A DNA stretch of 64,000 nt from Octopus sinensis. Its lineage: Eukaryota. How positions within the stretch are numbered: position 1 is the stretch's first letter; the number at the start of each line of letters is the position of its first letter. The notes under the pieces were generated by a model. That model did not search any database. It was not told the origin of the DNA and worked only from the letters and a program-made list of their open reading frames with translations. Positions 48,455-60,452 of this stretch are shown here, one piece after another. Position numbers and translations under genes: made by a program. The stretch lies in the NCBI RefSeq assembly GCF_006345805.1, contig NC_043022.1, forward strand, positions 23,436,001 to 23,500,000. The letters are read 5' to 3'.

Positions 48455-49114
48455 TTGCCTTTTGAAATACAGGTCCCTACTCATTTTTACCAGCTGAGTG
48501 GATTGGAGCAAAGTGAAATAAAGTGTCTTGCTCAAGGACACAATGTATCGCTGGGGACTGAACTCATGAGCTTACAATCGTGAGCCAGGGGTTTAGGGAA
48601 CTTTTTTGACAGAAACCTTTCTGTCAAATTTTATTTATGTGAGCATGTATTTGCATACATATTTTCATTTGTATATATGTGTATATTTGTATGTATATCT
48701 CTACTAATGTAGATATACATGTAATTTTATGTGTGCGTTTGTTTATCCTCCTTAAATAACCCTTATTTAGGGACCTTCTGAGCAGGCTGGGCTACTTGAC
48801 CTGCAGAAAATTCTGACTTGGCCCCACCAGCAATGTCATGTGCTGTTTATATTGCAGCTAGAGTAATTCATACAGATAACATGAATTGGTGGTCAGCTAA
48901 GGTAGGGGAGACAACTCCTTCTAGATTTAGTTAAATTGGAGCAGATTTTGAAGTTTAAATTTTAAATCAAGAATAAAGATCAAGACATAATATTTCATTC
49001 TCCTTAAACATTAAAAAGATTATAAGATTTCCAGTTTTTTTAAACTTTTGGACGCCTTTGATTCCGATTTTATTCAGGATATAGGCATTTGATATCTAAA
49101 AACTCCTATCATAT

Positions 49115-49499
49115 TACTCTTTTACTTGTTTCAGTCATTTGACTGTGGCCATGCTGGAGCACCACCTTTAGTCGAGCAAATCGACCCCAGGTCTTATTCT
49201 TTGTAAGCCTAGTACTTATTCTATTGGTCTCTTTTGCCGAACCGCTAAGTTGCGGGGACGTAAACACACCAGCGTCAAGCGAAGTTGGGGGGGGGGGGGC
49301 AAACACAGACATATACACACACACATATATATATATACGACGGGCTTCTTTCAGTTTCCATTTATGAGTCCACTCATAAGGCTCTGGTCAGCCCGAGGCT
49401 ATAGTAGAAAACACTTGCCCAAGGTGCCACGCAGTGGGACTGAACCCGGAACCATGTGGATGGTAAGCAAGCTACTTACCACACAGCCACTCCTACACC
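49115..49499 (-). mobile_element. SINE family A; a further minus copy lies at 49998-50367
   Basis: Head, core and tail as in other copies. Confidence 0.9.
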
Positions 49500-49657
49500 T
49501 ATATATTTATGATTTAATATTATTAGGAATTGTATAAAAAAATATTTAAATATTTTGTGTACAGTTCATTCCACATAAATTTTAACAAAATCTTATATCC
49601 TGTTGAGAACCACTGATCCTTCAGGAACTTTTCCCTACAAGGGTTATATAAAAAGTA

Positions 49658-49839
49658 TATGTGACCGCGTGTGTACCGTTGGCGATTTTTTTTCCTCTGT
49701 CTTCCCTTCTCCTATGTTTCCGACGAAGAGCTCCGCTCGAAACGTTAAACCCTCCTTCTTTCCTGAGCGTCCAATAATACTATATTTGTTTCACGTCCTC
49801 GCGTTGTTGTGTTTTTTGTGCTTTCTGTTTGGATTAACT
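49658..49839 (+). mobile_element. Solo Penelope-type repeat with hammerhead motif (same family as 21176-21529), flanked by a direct repeat
   Basis: GTTT-CCGACGA-A-GAGC-TCC-GCTC-GAA-ACGT-T-AAAC at 49716-49750. ttatataaaaagta occurs at 49644-49657 and 49840-49853. Confidence 0.8.
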
Positions 49840-51607
49840 TTATATAAAAAGTAGTTTTAGCACCAACTTTCAGAGTGTGTGGCAATCTGTGAACCTGCTA
49901 CACACAATTTCTTATATCTGTTTTCACACTCTGCTCAGCTTGAACATGTCAATTTAGCAGGCCAAAATGAATTTGCTGTGTATATTTTCTCATGTCTTAC
50001 TCTCTTTTACTTGTTTCAGTCATTTGACTGTGACCATGCTGGAGCACCGCCTTTGGTCGAGCAAATCGACCCCAGGACCTTATTCTTTGTACTTATTCTT
50101 TGTACTTATTCTATCGGTCTCCTTTTGCTAAACCATTAAGTTACGAGGACGTAAACACACCAGCATTGGTTGTCAAGCAATGTTGGAGGAACAATCACAG
50201 ACACACAAACATACACACACACACATATATACGACGGGCTTCTTTCAGTTTTCATCTACCAAATCCATTCACAAGGCTCTGATCAGCCCGAGTCTATAGT
50301 AGTTGGACTGAACCCGGAACCATGTGGTTCGTTAGCAAGCTACTTACCACACAGCCACTCCTACGCCTAAATAATATACGAATATATTTTGACGATTCTT
50401 TGCTTCTATGTTTACATACTTTTCACTTCACTGATCAGGCAACCTTTGAAGTATATTGTTTACAATTAACATATATGATTCCCTTCATTCATTATTGCAT
50501 CACTTCCGCCTATCTTCATTATATCCTACCGGCGTATCTCCTTTCAGAATTTTCATGGTTAATAACGTGCTTAATGTACGTTTGTGTATTGTTGCGCGCG
50601 CGCGCACACAACGTTATTCTAAGTCAGTGGTTTTCAATCAGGGTTCCGCAAGAAATTACAAAACTGCTAAAATCGGCAGTAATTTTTAATTCTCCTGTGC
50701 AGATATGTGTGCATAAGACTATTAAATTATTGCACAGGGGTTCCTCGAGCCAGTGGAATGTTTCCTTGGGGTTCCGCTCCAGCAAAAAGTTTGAAAAGCA
50801 CTGTTCTAAGTTATGTCTAATCGCATTGAAAACACGACGTTAAACTCGGATTAAAGATGGTATCATATCCAAGATTTTGATTAGCTATGATTGATTTATT
50901 AACGTACGTGTGAGTGTGATAGAATGAGAGAGATTTTTTTTTCTTTTTCTTGTGATATTTTATTTATTTATTATTTTGATTTGCTTAAATTTCCGTGTAA
51001 AGGTGATAAGCTATCAGAGTGATAAAGGTAATATTTATTACCCCGATACCGAAACAAACTAAAAACAAAACAGGAAAAAAGGCAAGAAACAACACGTAAA
51101 ATTATTTTCAAGTCTCCATAAATTAGAAGAACCGATTTAAGCTTGGTAGATAATACAAAATAAATCGCACTTTCAACTCTAGTAGGCTTTTAAAAACCAT
51201 TTTTGAAATGTCCACTCTCTCGGACTAGACTGACACAGCTTGGCACCAGTGAAGTTACAACTCATTTCAACAGTTGAGTGAACTGGAGCAACGTGAAATA
51301 AAGTGTCTTGCTCAAGAACACAACACACAGCCCGTTCCATCCTAGTTATTGTGAGCCCGATGCTCTCACCCCTGAGCCATGTACCTTCACACAGGGGAAG
51401 GAGAGAGAAAGAGAAAATAAACAGTAGGAGCTACAAGGCATTCGATACAGAGTATGTATGTATGTGCCAAAAAGAGTTTGTGTGGGATTTGGCTGTTATT
51501 TCAAGCATGTGGATTGCCTGCTTGAAGGTCGTAGAATCGGGATGGTGGGGGTAATTTTTTTTGTTTTTTGTTTTTTTTGAAAAATTGAAAATTTACAAAT
51601 AATTTTT

Positions 51608-51994
51608 GGATCTTTTCGGTTTGAACGGCAGTTTTTTAAAATAATTTCCACGTAACTAAACACTTTTAAACTTCGTATACTGGTAGAATGTGTTTATAAA
51701 ACATCTTTTTCTCTTGGCTTTATTGAGAAAATTACATACTTTGTAAGATATTTGTTGTTTTTTCTTCAATTTCAACCAATCAATGACGTCTATTGAGGTG
51801 AAAAGCATTCTGTGCCGTATGAATATGTCCCGCGTTTAAGAAACAGATTGGGTTTATTTACATTTGTGAAGAAAAAAGATACCCTTCCCCCACCCCTAAC
51901 CCTAAAACAGATTGAAATGCAATAGATCGATACTATGGATGACAATTTTATATGACACCGCTAGAAAAAACTGCCGTTCAAATCGAAAAGATCC
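51608..51994. mobile_element. MITE family M
   Basis: Both TIRs present; no matching TSD. Confidence 0.9.
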
Positions 51995-52236
51995 GTCAAA
52001 TGTTCTTTGTCGAGTTATATCGAAAGAATTCCCCTATATTATTTAGAATACACATCTAATAAAATTACATTAGAACATCGATATTTAAATTAGTTCAACT
52101 CTTAATCAGCAGATCAATCTCGACCAATGATTATTATTCCAAAACACCCACACTAGCTCTCTCTAATTATAATCTGGAATTTCCCGCAATTGACAGGAAG
52201 ACAAAAACAAAACAAAACAAGTCATTCGCGATCAAC

Positions 52237-52246
52237 ATGTTGCAGG
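52237..52246 (+). other. Candidate start-codon micro-exon end of a downstream gene (ATG TTG CAG G|GTAAGT)
   Basis: caacATG with A at -3 and a consensus donor, in TE-free sequence. No downstream exon is confirmed. Confidence 0.35.
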
Positions 52247-52642
52247 GTAAGTCAATTTTTTTAAATGTTATTTTTTCTTAGTGTTGAATTCATTCAATAT
52301 AATACATTTATATATAAAATTTTTATTTTCATATATAACATAAACATGTACATCTTTTAGAACATTGTCATTTTATAAGATTTTGCTGACAGATTTTTAA
52401 ATTAACACAAACATTTATTCACACGAAAGAAAATACCGGAGAATTTTTGGCGAAGGTAAAGAATACGCACACTAGGTGTTAAGGGTTTTTGTTACGCCGA
52501 AAACGGGTGGTGTACGTATTCTTTACCTCTGTCCTGTATGTTTTAATCATCTGATATAAGTATTCAAAACTATGCGTAACATAAATCCGTAGAAAAATTT
52601 AGAAAACTATTAAAACTAACCCACTTTTTCATAGCATAAATC

Positions 52643-53053
52643 GGATCTTTTCGGTTTGAACGGCAGTTTTTAAATATAATTTCCACGTAACCAAACAATT
52701 TTAAACTTCGTATACTGGCAGAGTGTGTTTATAAAACATTCTTTTTCTCTAGGATTTATTGAGAAAATTCTATAGTTTGTTAGATATTTGTTGTTGTTTT
52801 CTTCAATTTCTGCAATTTCAATCAATCAATGACGTCTATTGAGGTGAAAACATTCTGTGCCGTATGAATATGCCCCTCGTTTAAGAAACAGATTGGGTTT
52901 ATTTACATTTCTGAAGAAAAAAAGATACCCTTCCTCCCACCCCTAACCCTAGAACAGATTGAAATGCAATAGATCGATAATAGGGTCATAATTATGGGTG
53001 ACAATTTCATATGACACCGCTAGAAAAAGCTGCCGTTCAAACCGAAAAGATCC
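52643..53053. mobile_element. MITE family M
   Basis: Both TIRs present; the flanks share only cat. Confidence 0.9.
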
Positions 53054-53272
53054 CATTTGATTGTGTGTGAACCGGGATGTCCTTATTTTTCTTTTATGGA
53101 ATTTGACGGATATATACATTTTCGGTTAATGTTTAAAGGTCGATTTTTCGTGCCGGTGTACTTGTAAACATTAACAACACTTTCCAAAAATGTAAATTAC
53201 CATTATGTTTGTTTCTTCTTTTTTTTTAACCAGAAATTCCCTTAATTCCCTTAAAATTCTCCCTTAATTATA

Positions 53273-53655
53273 GGCGCAGAAGTGGCTGTGTGGTAAGTAG
53301 CTTGCTAACCAACCACATGGTTCCGGGTTCGGTCCCACTGCGTGGCATCTTGGGCAAGTGTCTTCTGCTATAGCCCCGGGCCGACCAATGCCTTGTGAGT
53401 GAAAGAAACCTGTCGTATATATATATATAATATATATATATATATATGTGTGTGTATGTGTTTGTGTGTTTGTCTCCCTAGCATTGCTTGACAACCGATG
53501 CTGGTGTGTTTATGTCCCCGTCACTTAGCGGTTCGGCAAAAGAGACCGATAGAATAAGTACAAAGAATAAGTCCCGGGGTCGATTTACTCGACTAAAGGC
53601 GGTGCTCCAGCATGGCCGCAGTCAAATGACTGAAACAAGTAAAAGAGTAAAGAGT
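53273..53655 (+). mobile_element. SINE family A
   Basis: GGCGCAGAAGTGGCTGTG head and AAAAGAGTAAAGAGT tail. Confidence 0.9.
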
Positions 53656-54167
53656 TAAAAAAAAACTATTGAATAACCTGTTCGTGATCATTGCATTACT
53701 GTGTATATCTAGATTGTTGATAATCGCCACACATGAAACCTTTACATGGTCTCTCGACCTGCTAGAAATAGCAATCAAATCTTTCTTAACCTACACTGAC
53801 ATCTAAAATATAAAAAAAGACGAAACATTATGTCACAATGTGGTTAATTTCCTCGCCTGAAGCTGGCCTGAGTGTTTTCCATTTGTTAAATGTCATTAAT
53901 AACGCTTAATTTAAAGAAAGTTTTATCTCAATGAACATAATCTTTCATCGAACTCGCGACTCACTAAGCACAACAGATCAAAATTATACGAACTTACTTT
54001 TTTCATATAAGATTGTAAGCAAGCGCAATCTTGGCTGTATGGTAAAGAATTTACTTCCTAACCACATAGGCAGGTGTCTTCTGCTTTTTCCTCGGGGTGA
54101 GCAAAGCCTTGTGAGTGTATCTAGTGGAGGGAAACTCAAAGAATCTCGTCGTATATATGTGTATGTA

Positions 54168-55169
54168 TACTATTTGCGTTCACAAAGTATCCGACTTTAG
54201 TTTTTCCCGCCAAAACTAATACCGCGTATGCAAAATCGTTTGGCGGGAGGTGGCCCTTTCTGCGCATGCGTAAAAAAAATTTCGCGCCATTAGGACTCGT
54301 TAGTTACCAGCTGTTATTCCTAGAGTGTACGCTCGTCGGATTTTCGTTTCAACGAAACACATCGAGCAGATATTGCGTCGAATTTTGCCAGAAGCTTGGT
54401 GATACTGAAGCTCAAACCATCTAGAAAATTCGATAGGCTTTTTCTGATAGTACCATGAGGAAAACACAGATCATTGTGTGGCACAATCGCTTCAAATATG
54501 GCTGTATCTCAGTGGAGAGCAAGACTACGCCCATGCAGGTCATCCACAAGCCGAAACGAGGAGCCAGTTGTGAAGGTTTGACGAATAGTCATGGAAGACG
54601 GTCGTGTAGCAATCCAGGAAATTGCTCACGAAGTGGGAACAAACACAGGATTTTAACGGAGGATTTGAGCATGCGGTGAGTGTCGACGAAATTCGTCCCG
54701 AAGGTGCCACCGTAGTAGCAGAAGCAATAAGGCATGGAAATCGCTCAGGACAATGCTGGGCTGTTGAAACCACGACCCAGACTTTATGAAGACCATCAAA
54801 TATTAGTACAGTTCTATATTTGAGAGATGAGGAATTATTTACATTTGACGGATATTTGTCCTCATTTTGTTTGTTGTTAACACAACGTTTCGGCTGATAT
54901 ACCCTCCAGCTTTCTTCAGGCTAAAGAAGGCTGGAGAGTATATCAGCCGAAACGTTAACAACAAACAAGATGAGGACAGATATCTGTCAAATGTAAATGA
55001 TGTTTCAAATACTGGTGATGAGACATAGGCTTATGGTCTTTGCTTGATGCATTCGGTCATCTTAGGTGAAACGAAAATCCGACTAGCGCGCACAGGCCTC
55101 TACTTTAGGCGAAACAGCCGGGAACTGACGCAGCATATAAAGTCGGATATTTCTTGAACGCACCTCGTA
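54168..55169 (+). mobile_element. Internally deleted mariner (DD34D-type) element with TIRs and TA TSD
   Basis: TA|TACTATTTGCGTTCACAAAGTATCCGACTTT ... AAAGTCGGATATTTCTTGAACGCACCTCGTA|TA. The decayed transposase reads EQRYCVEFCQKLG...WHNRFK.G..SVES...HRILTEDLSMR.VSTKFVPK...DPDFMKTI and TGDET*AYG. Confidence 0.88.
54803..55004. mobile_element. Palindromic insert made of two inverted Penelope-tail/hammerhead halves, inside the mariner
   Basis: The minus-strand motif CTGAAGA-A-AGCTG..CAGCC-GAAACGTT-GTGTT (54879-54919) sits back-to-back with the plus-strand CTAAAGA-A-GGCTG..CAGCC-GAAACGTT (54921-54956). tcaaata is repeated at 54796 and 55005. Confidence 0.75.
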
Positions 55170-57422
55170 TACACACACACACACGTGTGTGTGTGTGTTT
55201 CCTACCACCGCTTGATAACCGGCGATGGTATGTTTACGTCCCCATAACATAGCTGCTCGGTAAAAAAAAAAGAACCGATAAAATAAGTAAACGCTTTAAA
55301 ATTAGAAGCGTTGGGGCCGATTCGTTCGACTAACATTCTTCAAGGTGGTGTTCCAGCATGGCCGTAGTTTGCTTTCAGATTTTTTTTTTTTTTTCAAATT
55401 TCGTCGTAAATGGCAGAGTCGTTAGACGATATGTCTTGCCGTATTTATTCTGGCTTCTTGCGTTACGAGTTCAAATCTCATTGAAGTCAACCTTGCTTTC
55501 ATCCTTCCGAGGTCGATAAATGAAGTATTACTGTGTCGGACGGGATGTATTTCGCTATTTGCTCCTGCTCTTTGCGTTTCGTGTTAAAATCCCGCTGTGG
55601 GTTTAATTAAGTGGTATAGATATTATCCGTTCCTTGTATCAGACCAACATATGTTCCTTGGTGATTTTGTGGTGTCCACTTTGTAAGGCTTTCCTACAGA
55701 CGTGTGCTCCACCTAGCTTTCAGAAAAATGGATTAAAAAAAAAATTCCTACGAATACCCTTCAGATGGTGTAGATTACGATTATATTGGAATTTAATCTG
55801 ATCGGTGGGCGCGCACATGTACCAGAGGATGTTGAAATGTTTCCCGCTTTGGGTAAAAGAAAATACAAGAGGATCAGTTAATTATGATTTTATTCAACAT
55901 ATTGTACTCTCAGATTCATACACACATTGCAGATGTCCTTCAGTTTTTCTAAGCCCTATAAAAGAACTCGGAAGTTTGGGCCTCCAACCAAGTTTTTCGT
56001 GATACCCTTAAAGCCAGGAACTTTTCAGTACCCCCTCGTATATACTGACATCATCACTTATATATCTACAAAACGAAACCTGAAAAAACTTTGAAAAGAA
56101 AATTCACGAAGTGTTTCAGTGATACGTATTTGCGCTTATCAATTTTTCTTTTTATCCACATTAAAATTCCGATACAGTCTTAATTTACACCATCTGAGAG
56201 GTATCTGTAGAAAATTCCATTAAAAAATATCATTTTTTCCTGAAAGTTATGAAGAAACAAAGTCGCTGATGTGGGGCACACTAATGTAGGTATACCGCAT
56301 TCAAATCACGTTTCCTTCTCATTAGTGTCAATGTTCCTATAAACAGACATGGACACCGCCCTTCCGTCGATATAAAAGCGATAAGAAAAAAATGAATCTA
56401 TACACCCTAGACAATGTACCGCTACAAGATTTAATTACAGGCGTGGCTGTGTGGTAAAGTTTGCTTTCCCACTGCATGGTTACGAGTCCAGTGTTAGTGT
56501 CTTCTACTATAAATTCAGGCCAACCAAAGCCTTGTGAGTAGATTTGTTAGACGGAAACCGAAAGAAGCCATCGTATATATATACATACATATATATATGT
56601 ATGTGTGTGTATATATATATAGAGAGAGAGAGAGAGAGTGTGTGTGTGTGTTTGTACCCCTCACACCACCCGCTTGGCAACCGATGCTGGTGTGTCTACG
56701 TTCCCGTAACTTAGCGGTTTAGCAAAAGAGACCGATAGAATGGGATCTTTTTGCTTTATTCTACCAGTATACGAAGTTTAAAATTTTTTAGTTACATAGA
56801 AATTATTTTTAAAATCTGCCGGTCAAACAGAAAAGATCCCAATAAAATACAAAAGAAATATTTTTTTTTACACTAAGTAAATAATTGTTTTAAAACAAAG
56901 TAAATAAATTTTCTAAACAAAGTAAATAAAATACAAAAACACAAAGTAAGGATCGACTAGCTAGCGCGGATGCGTGGCTATGCGAATGCGCGCACTCTTC
57001 TTAAGTAGTACCTAAAAGATATAATACGCGTAATAAGGAAAATTACGAGCAACAAAGTCGGTGATGCTTAGTCCTCTTGGACTTTGTTTTACAGTATATT
57101 CTTTCATTAGTTGTTGCTATTCTTAGTTTTAAGGCGGCGAGCTGACAGAATCGTTAGTGCACCAGGCAAAATGCTTAGTGGCATTTCGTCGGCCGTTAAG
57201 TTCTTAATTCAAATTCCGCTGAGGTTGACTGTCTTTTCTCCTTTTTGGGTCGATAAAATAAGTGCCAGTTGAGTTCCTTGTGCCCAAATTTGAAACCATA
57301 ATTATTATTTTTCTAAAAGATGAACTTTGATGGAGACTTAGCATCTATTTCAAGTACATCGAATGACGACATAGCCTCTAAGGTTGGTCTGGTTTCATAT
57401 CTCTTTAAACAAAGCAATTTTC

Positions 57423-57821
57423 GGTTTGAACGGCAGTTTTATCTAGCGGTGTCATATGAAATTGTCACCCATAATTATGACCCTAGTATCGATCTATTGC
57501 ATTTCAATCTGTTTTAGGGTTAGGGGTGGGGAAAGGGTAAAATTTTTTCTTCACAAATGTAAATAAACCCAATCTGTTTCTTAAACGAGGGACATATTCA
57601 TACGGCACAGAATGGTTTTTACCTCAATAGACGTCATTGATTGGTTGAAATTGCAGAAATTGAAGAAAAAAACAACATATATCTTACAAACTATAGAATT
57701 TTCTCAATAAAGCCGAGAGAAAAAGATGTTTTATAAACACATTCTACCAGTATACAAAGTTTAAAATTTTTTAGTTACCTAGAAATTATGTTAAAAACTG
57801 CCGTTCAAACCGAAAAGATCC
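57423..57821. mobile_element. MITE family M (left TIR tip deleted)
   Basis: caattttc occurs at 57415-57422 and 57822-57829 (8-bp TSD). A short deleted copy is also at about 56743-56840. Confidence 0.88.
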
Positions 57822-58279
57822 CAATTTTCTTTTATTTAAAGAACTCTATATGATGCTTTTGGAAAAGACCTGCTGGAAATAGCAGCCAAATTAACGCTTA
57901 TTTTCCTCTACGTCTTCATTCACCGGAAGGGAAAAAAAGAAAGTATGCAAAGGGGAACAACTTTGATACGATTACTGGAAGCGCTATATTTTAATTTTCT
58001 TTTTCATTTTTGTTTTAGAACATAGCAGTGTATCTATCTTCTCTATCCTACTAACTTACGTAAGAACGGCAATTAACTACCTACACTGGTACTTTGACGA
58101 GTCTGAACATCGAGTAATAAGCATAGTTTTTCTTATTTCTTAATCTTTGATCTTGAATTTTTAATATTTGGTAAGATGGACGTACACATCAAAATCGCTA
58201 CGATTTTATAAAAGTACTTAATGTAACAAATATAAAATTACTTATCCTGTCCAATTAAAGGAGAGAAAAGGTAAAAAAA

Positions 58280-58684
58280 GGATCTTTTCGGTTTGAACGG
58301 CAGTTTTTTCTAGCGGTGTCATATGAAATTGTCACCCATAATTATGACCCTAGTATCGATCTAGTGCATTTCAATCTGTTTTAGGGTTAGGGTTAGTTAG
58401 GGTTGGTTAGAGATAGGGTAAATAAACCCAATCTGTTTCTTAAACGAGGGACATATTCATACGGCACAGAATGTTTTTCCCCTCAATAGACGTCAGTGAT
58501 TGGTTGAAATTGCAGAAATTGAAGAAGAAAAAAAACAACAAATATTTTACAAACTATAGAATTTTCTCAATAAAGCCAAGAGAAAAAGATGTTTTATAAA
58601 CACATTCTACCAGTATACGAAGTTCAAAATTTTTTAGTTACCTAGAAATTATGTTAATAACTGCCGTTCAAACCGAAAAGATCC
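58280..58684. mobile_element. MITE family M
   Basis: Both TIRs present; A7 runs on both flanks; internal TTAGGG-like expansion. Confidence 0.9.
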
Positions 58685-58974
58685 AAAAAAATCTTTAAAT
58701 ATCCTTACGTGCTGTGTGGTATGAAGTTGATTTCCCAACCACATGGTTCTGGGTTCAGTCCCACTATGTAGCACTTTGAGCTTCTTCTATAGCCTCGGGA
58801 CGACCAAAGTCATGTGAGTGGATTTGGTAGGCGGAAACTGAAAGAAGCCTGTCGTGCATATGTCTGTGTGTGTCTGCATTTGTCCCCCTGCCATTGCTTA
58901 CAACCACCTGTAACTTAGCAATTCGGCAAAACGCACCGATAGAATAAGTACTAGGCTTACAAAGAATAAGTCCT

Positions 58975-59715
58975 TACTGTAGAGAGAACCTGTGGAAGAT
59001 GTAGACCCAGGAAGATATGTGAAGTGGTAAAATATGATCTTTGAATGTTGAGTCTCACAGAAGTGATGACAAGTGACCAAGATGCTTGGTGATTTACTAT
59101 GGTTGAGATGACATGCCAAGCTAAGTGAAATTGTAGTCATCTCCAGTGTTGGTGACACATGAAAGACCCCTGTGCAGGTTGTTGTTGTTGTTTATTCCTT
59201 CTCGAGCCATGCCTGACTCATAAGGGCCGGTTTTTTGGTGTATAGGTTCCCCACCTGGACGGGACGCTGGTCTGTCGCAGGTGAGCTGCAAGATGCAGGA
59301 GGAAAGAGTGAGAGAAAGTTGTGGCGAAAGAGTCAGCAGAAGTTCACCATTATCTTCTGCCGGAGCTGTGTGGAGCTTAGGTGTTTCGCTCATAAACACA
59401 CACATCGCCCGGTCTGAGATTCGAACCCGTGATCCCTCGACCGCGAGTCCGCTGCTCTAACCACTAGGCCATGTGCCTCCACCTGTGCAGGTGACACATG
59501 AAAGGCACCTGTGCTGGTGACTCACATGAAAGTCACCCATGCTGGAAACACATAAATGACAACCACTACACTCCATGGAGTGGTTGGCATTTGGAAGAGC
59601 ATCCAGCCATAGAAACAAAGCCAAAATAGACTGGAGCCTGGTGCAACTTACCAGCATCAGTTAAACCATCTTACCCATGCCAGCACAGAAAATGGATGCT
59701 AAATGATGATGATAA
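58975..59715 (+). mobile_element. Decayed RTE LINE 3' end (family D-related), interrupted by a family-C SINE (59180-59481, TSD cctgtgcaggt)
   Basis: 58994-59128 reads GRCRPRKICEVVKYDL*MLSLTEVMTSDQDAW*FTMVEMTCQAK*, followed by a D-type UTR and an (ATG)n tail. Confidence 0.8.
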
Positions 59716-60216
59716 TGAAGACTGCAAACAAACGACTACACTTGTATGACAGTGATGCTCATTTAAAACCATCATGTGGAGTCATAAGCACTCATACATA
59801 CTTTATATGTACACACACACAAAATGGGCTTCTTTCAGTTTACTGAATTCACTCTCAAAAAGTTTTGGTTGGCCTAGTGATGTTGTAGAAGATACTTGCC
59901 CAAGGTACTGCACAGTGGGACAGCAACATGCAACCACATGGTTGGGAAGTAAGGTCCTTAACCCTTTAGCATTTAAACCGGCCCAAATATTCTACCTGTC
60001 TTATGTTCAAACTAGCCAGATTTCACCTCTCATACCTACCATGCCATGTCATTCTAAATATAAACAATCACACCATCGAAGTCCCAAAGCTATGAAATAA
60101 TGCATGGTTAATTGAAAGCAATGTGAATGCATAACCATTTCATTTGGCAGATTACTCTGAATGCGAAAGGGTTAAACAAACATGTGTCTATTTATCTCTT
60201 TACTTTTCATTTTTAG

Positions 60217-60452
60217 ATCAATCAACAAGACGTAAGGGAAAACACATTTACATATGTAGAACTTGTGAAACCTGTTATAACAGTAAGGTTGTAGAGATGA
60301 TACTGCAGAATGGAGCTGATGTTGGAATGAAGACAACCGGTCATGAAACACTTCCCTGTATCATCAGTCTGGTGGTGGAACTGTTACTGAAATATGGGGC
60401 TAAACTCAATACAAAGGCTATGACTGGTGAAGAAATTCTACCATCCGGCTAA
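60217..60452 (+). pseudogene. Ankyrin-repeat-like exon, apparently degenerate
   Basis: Acceptor ttttcatttttag. NSKVVEMILQNGADVGMKTTGHETL and VVELLLKYGAKLNTKAMTGE are ankyrin helix-2 plus GA(D/K).N motifs. INQQDV..NT lies in another frame and the TPLH motifs are broken. Confidence 0.55.
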
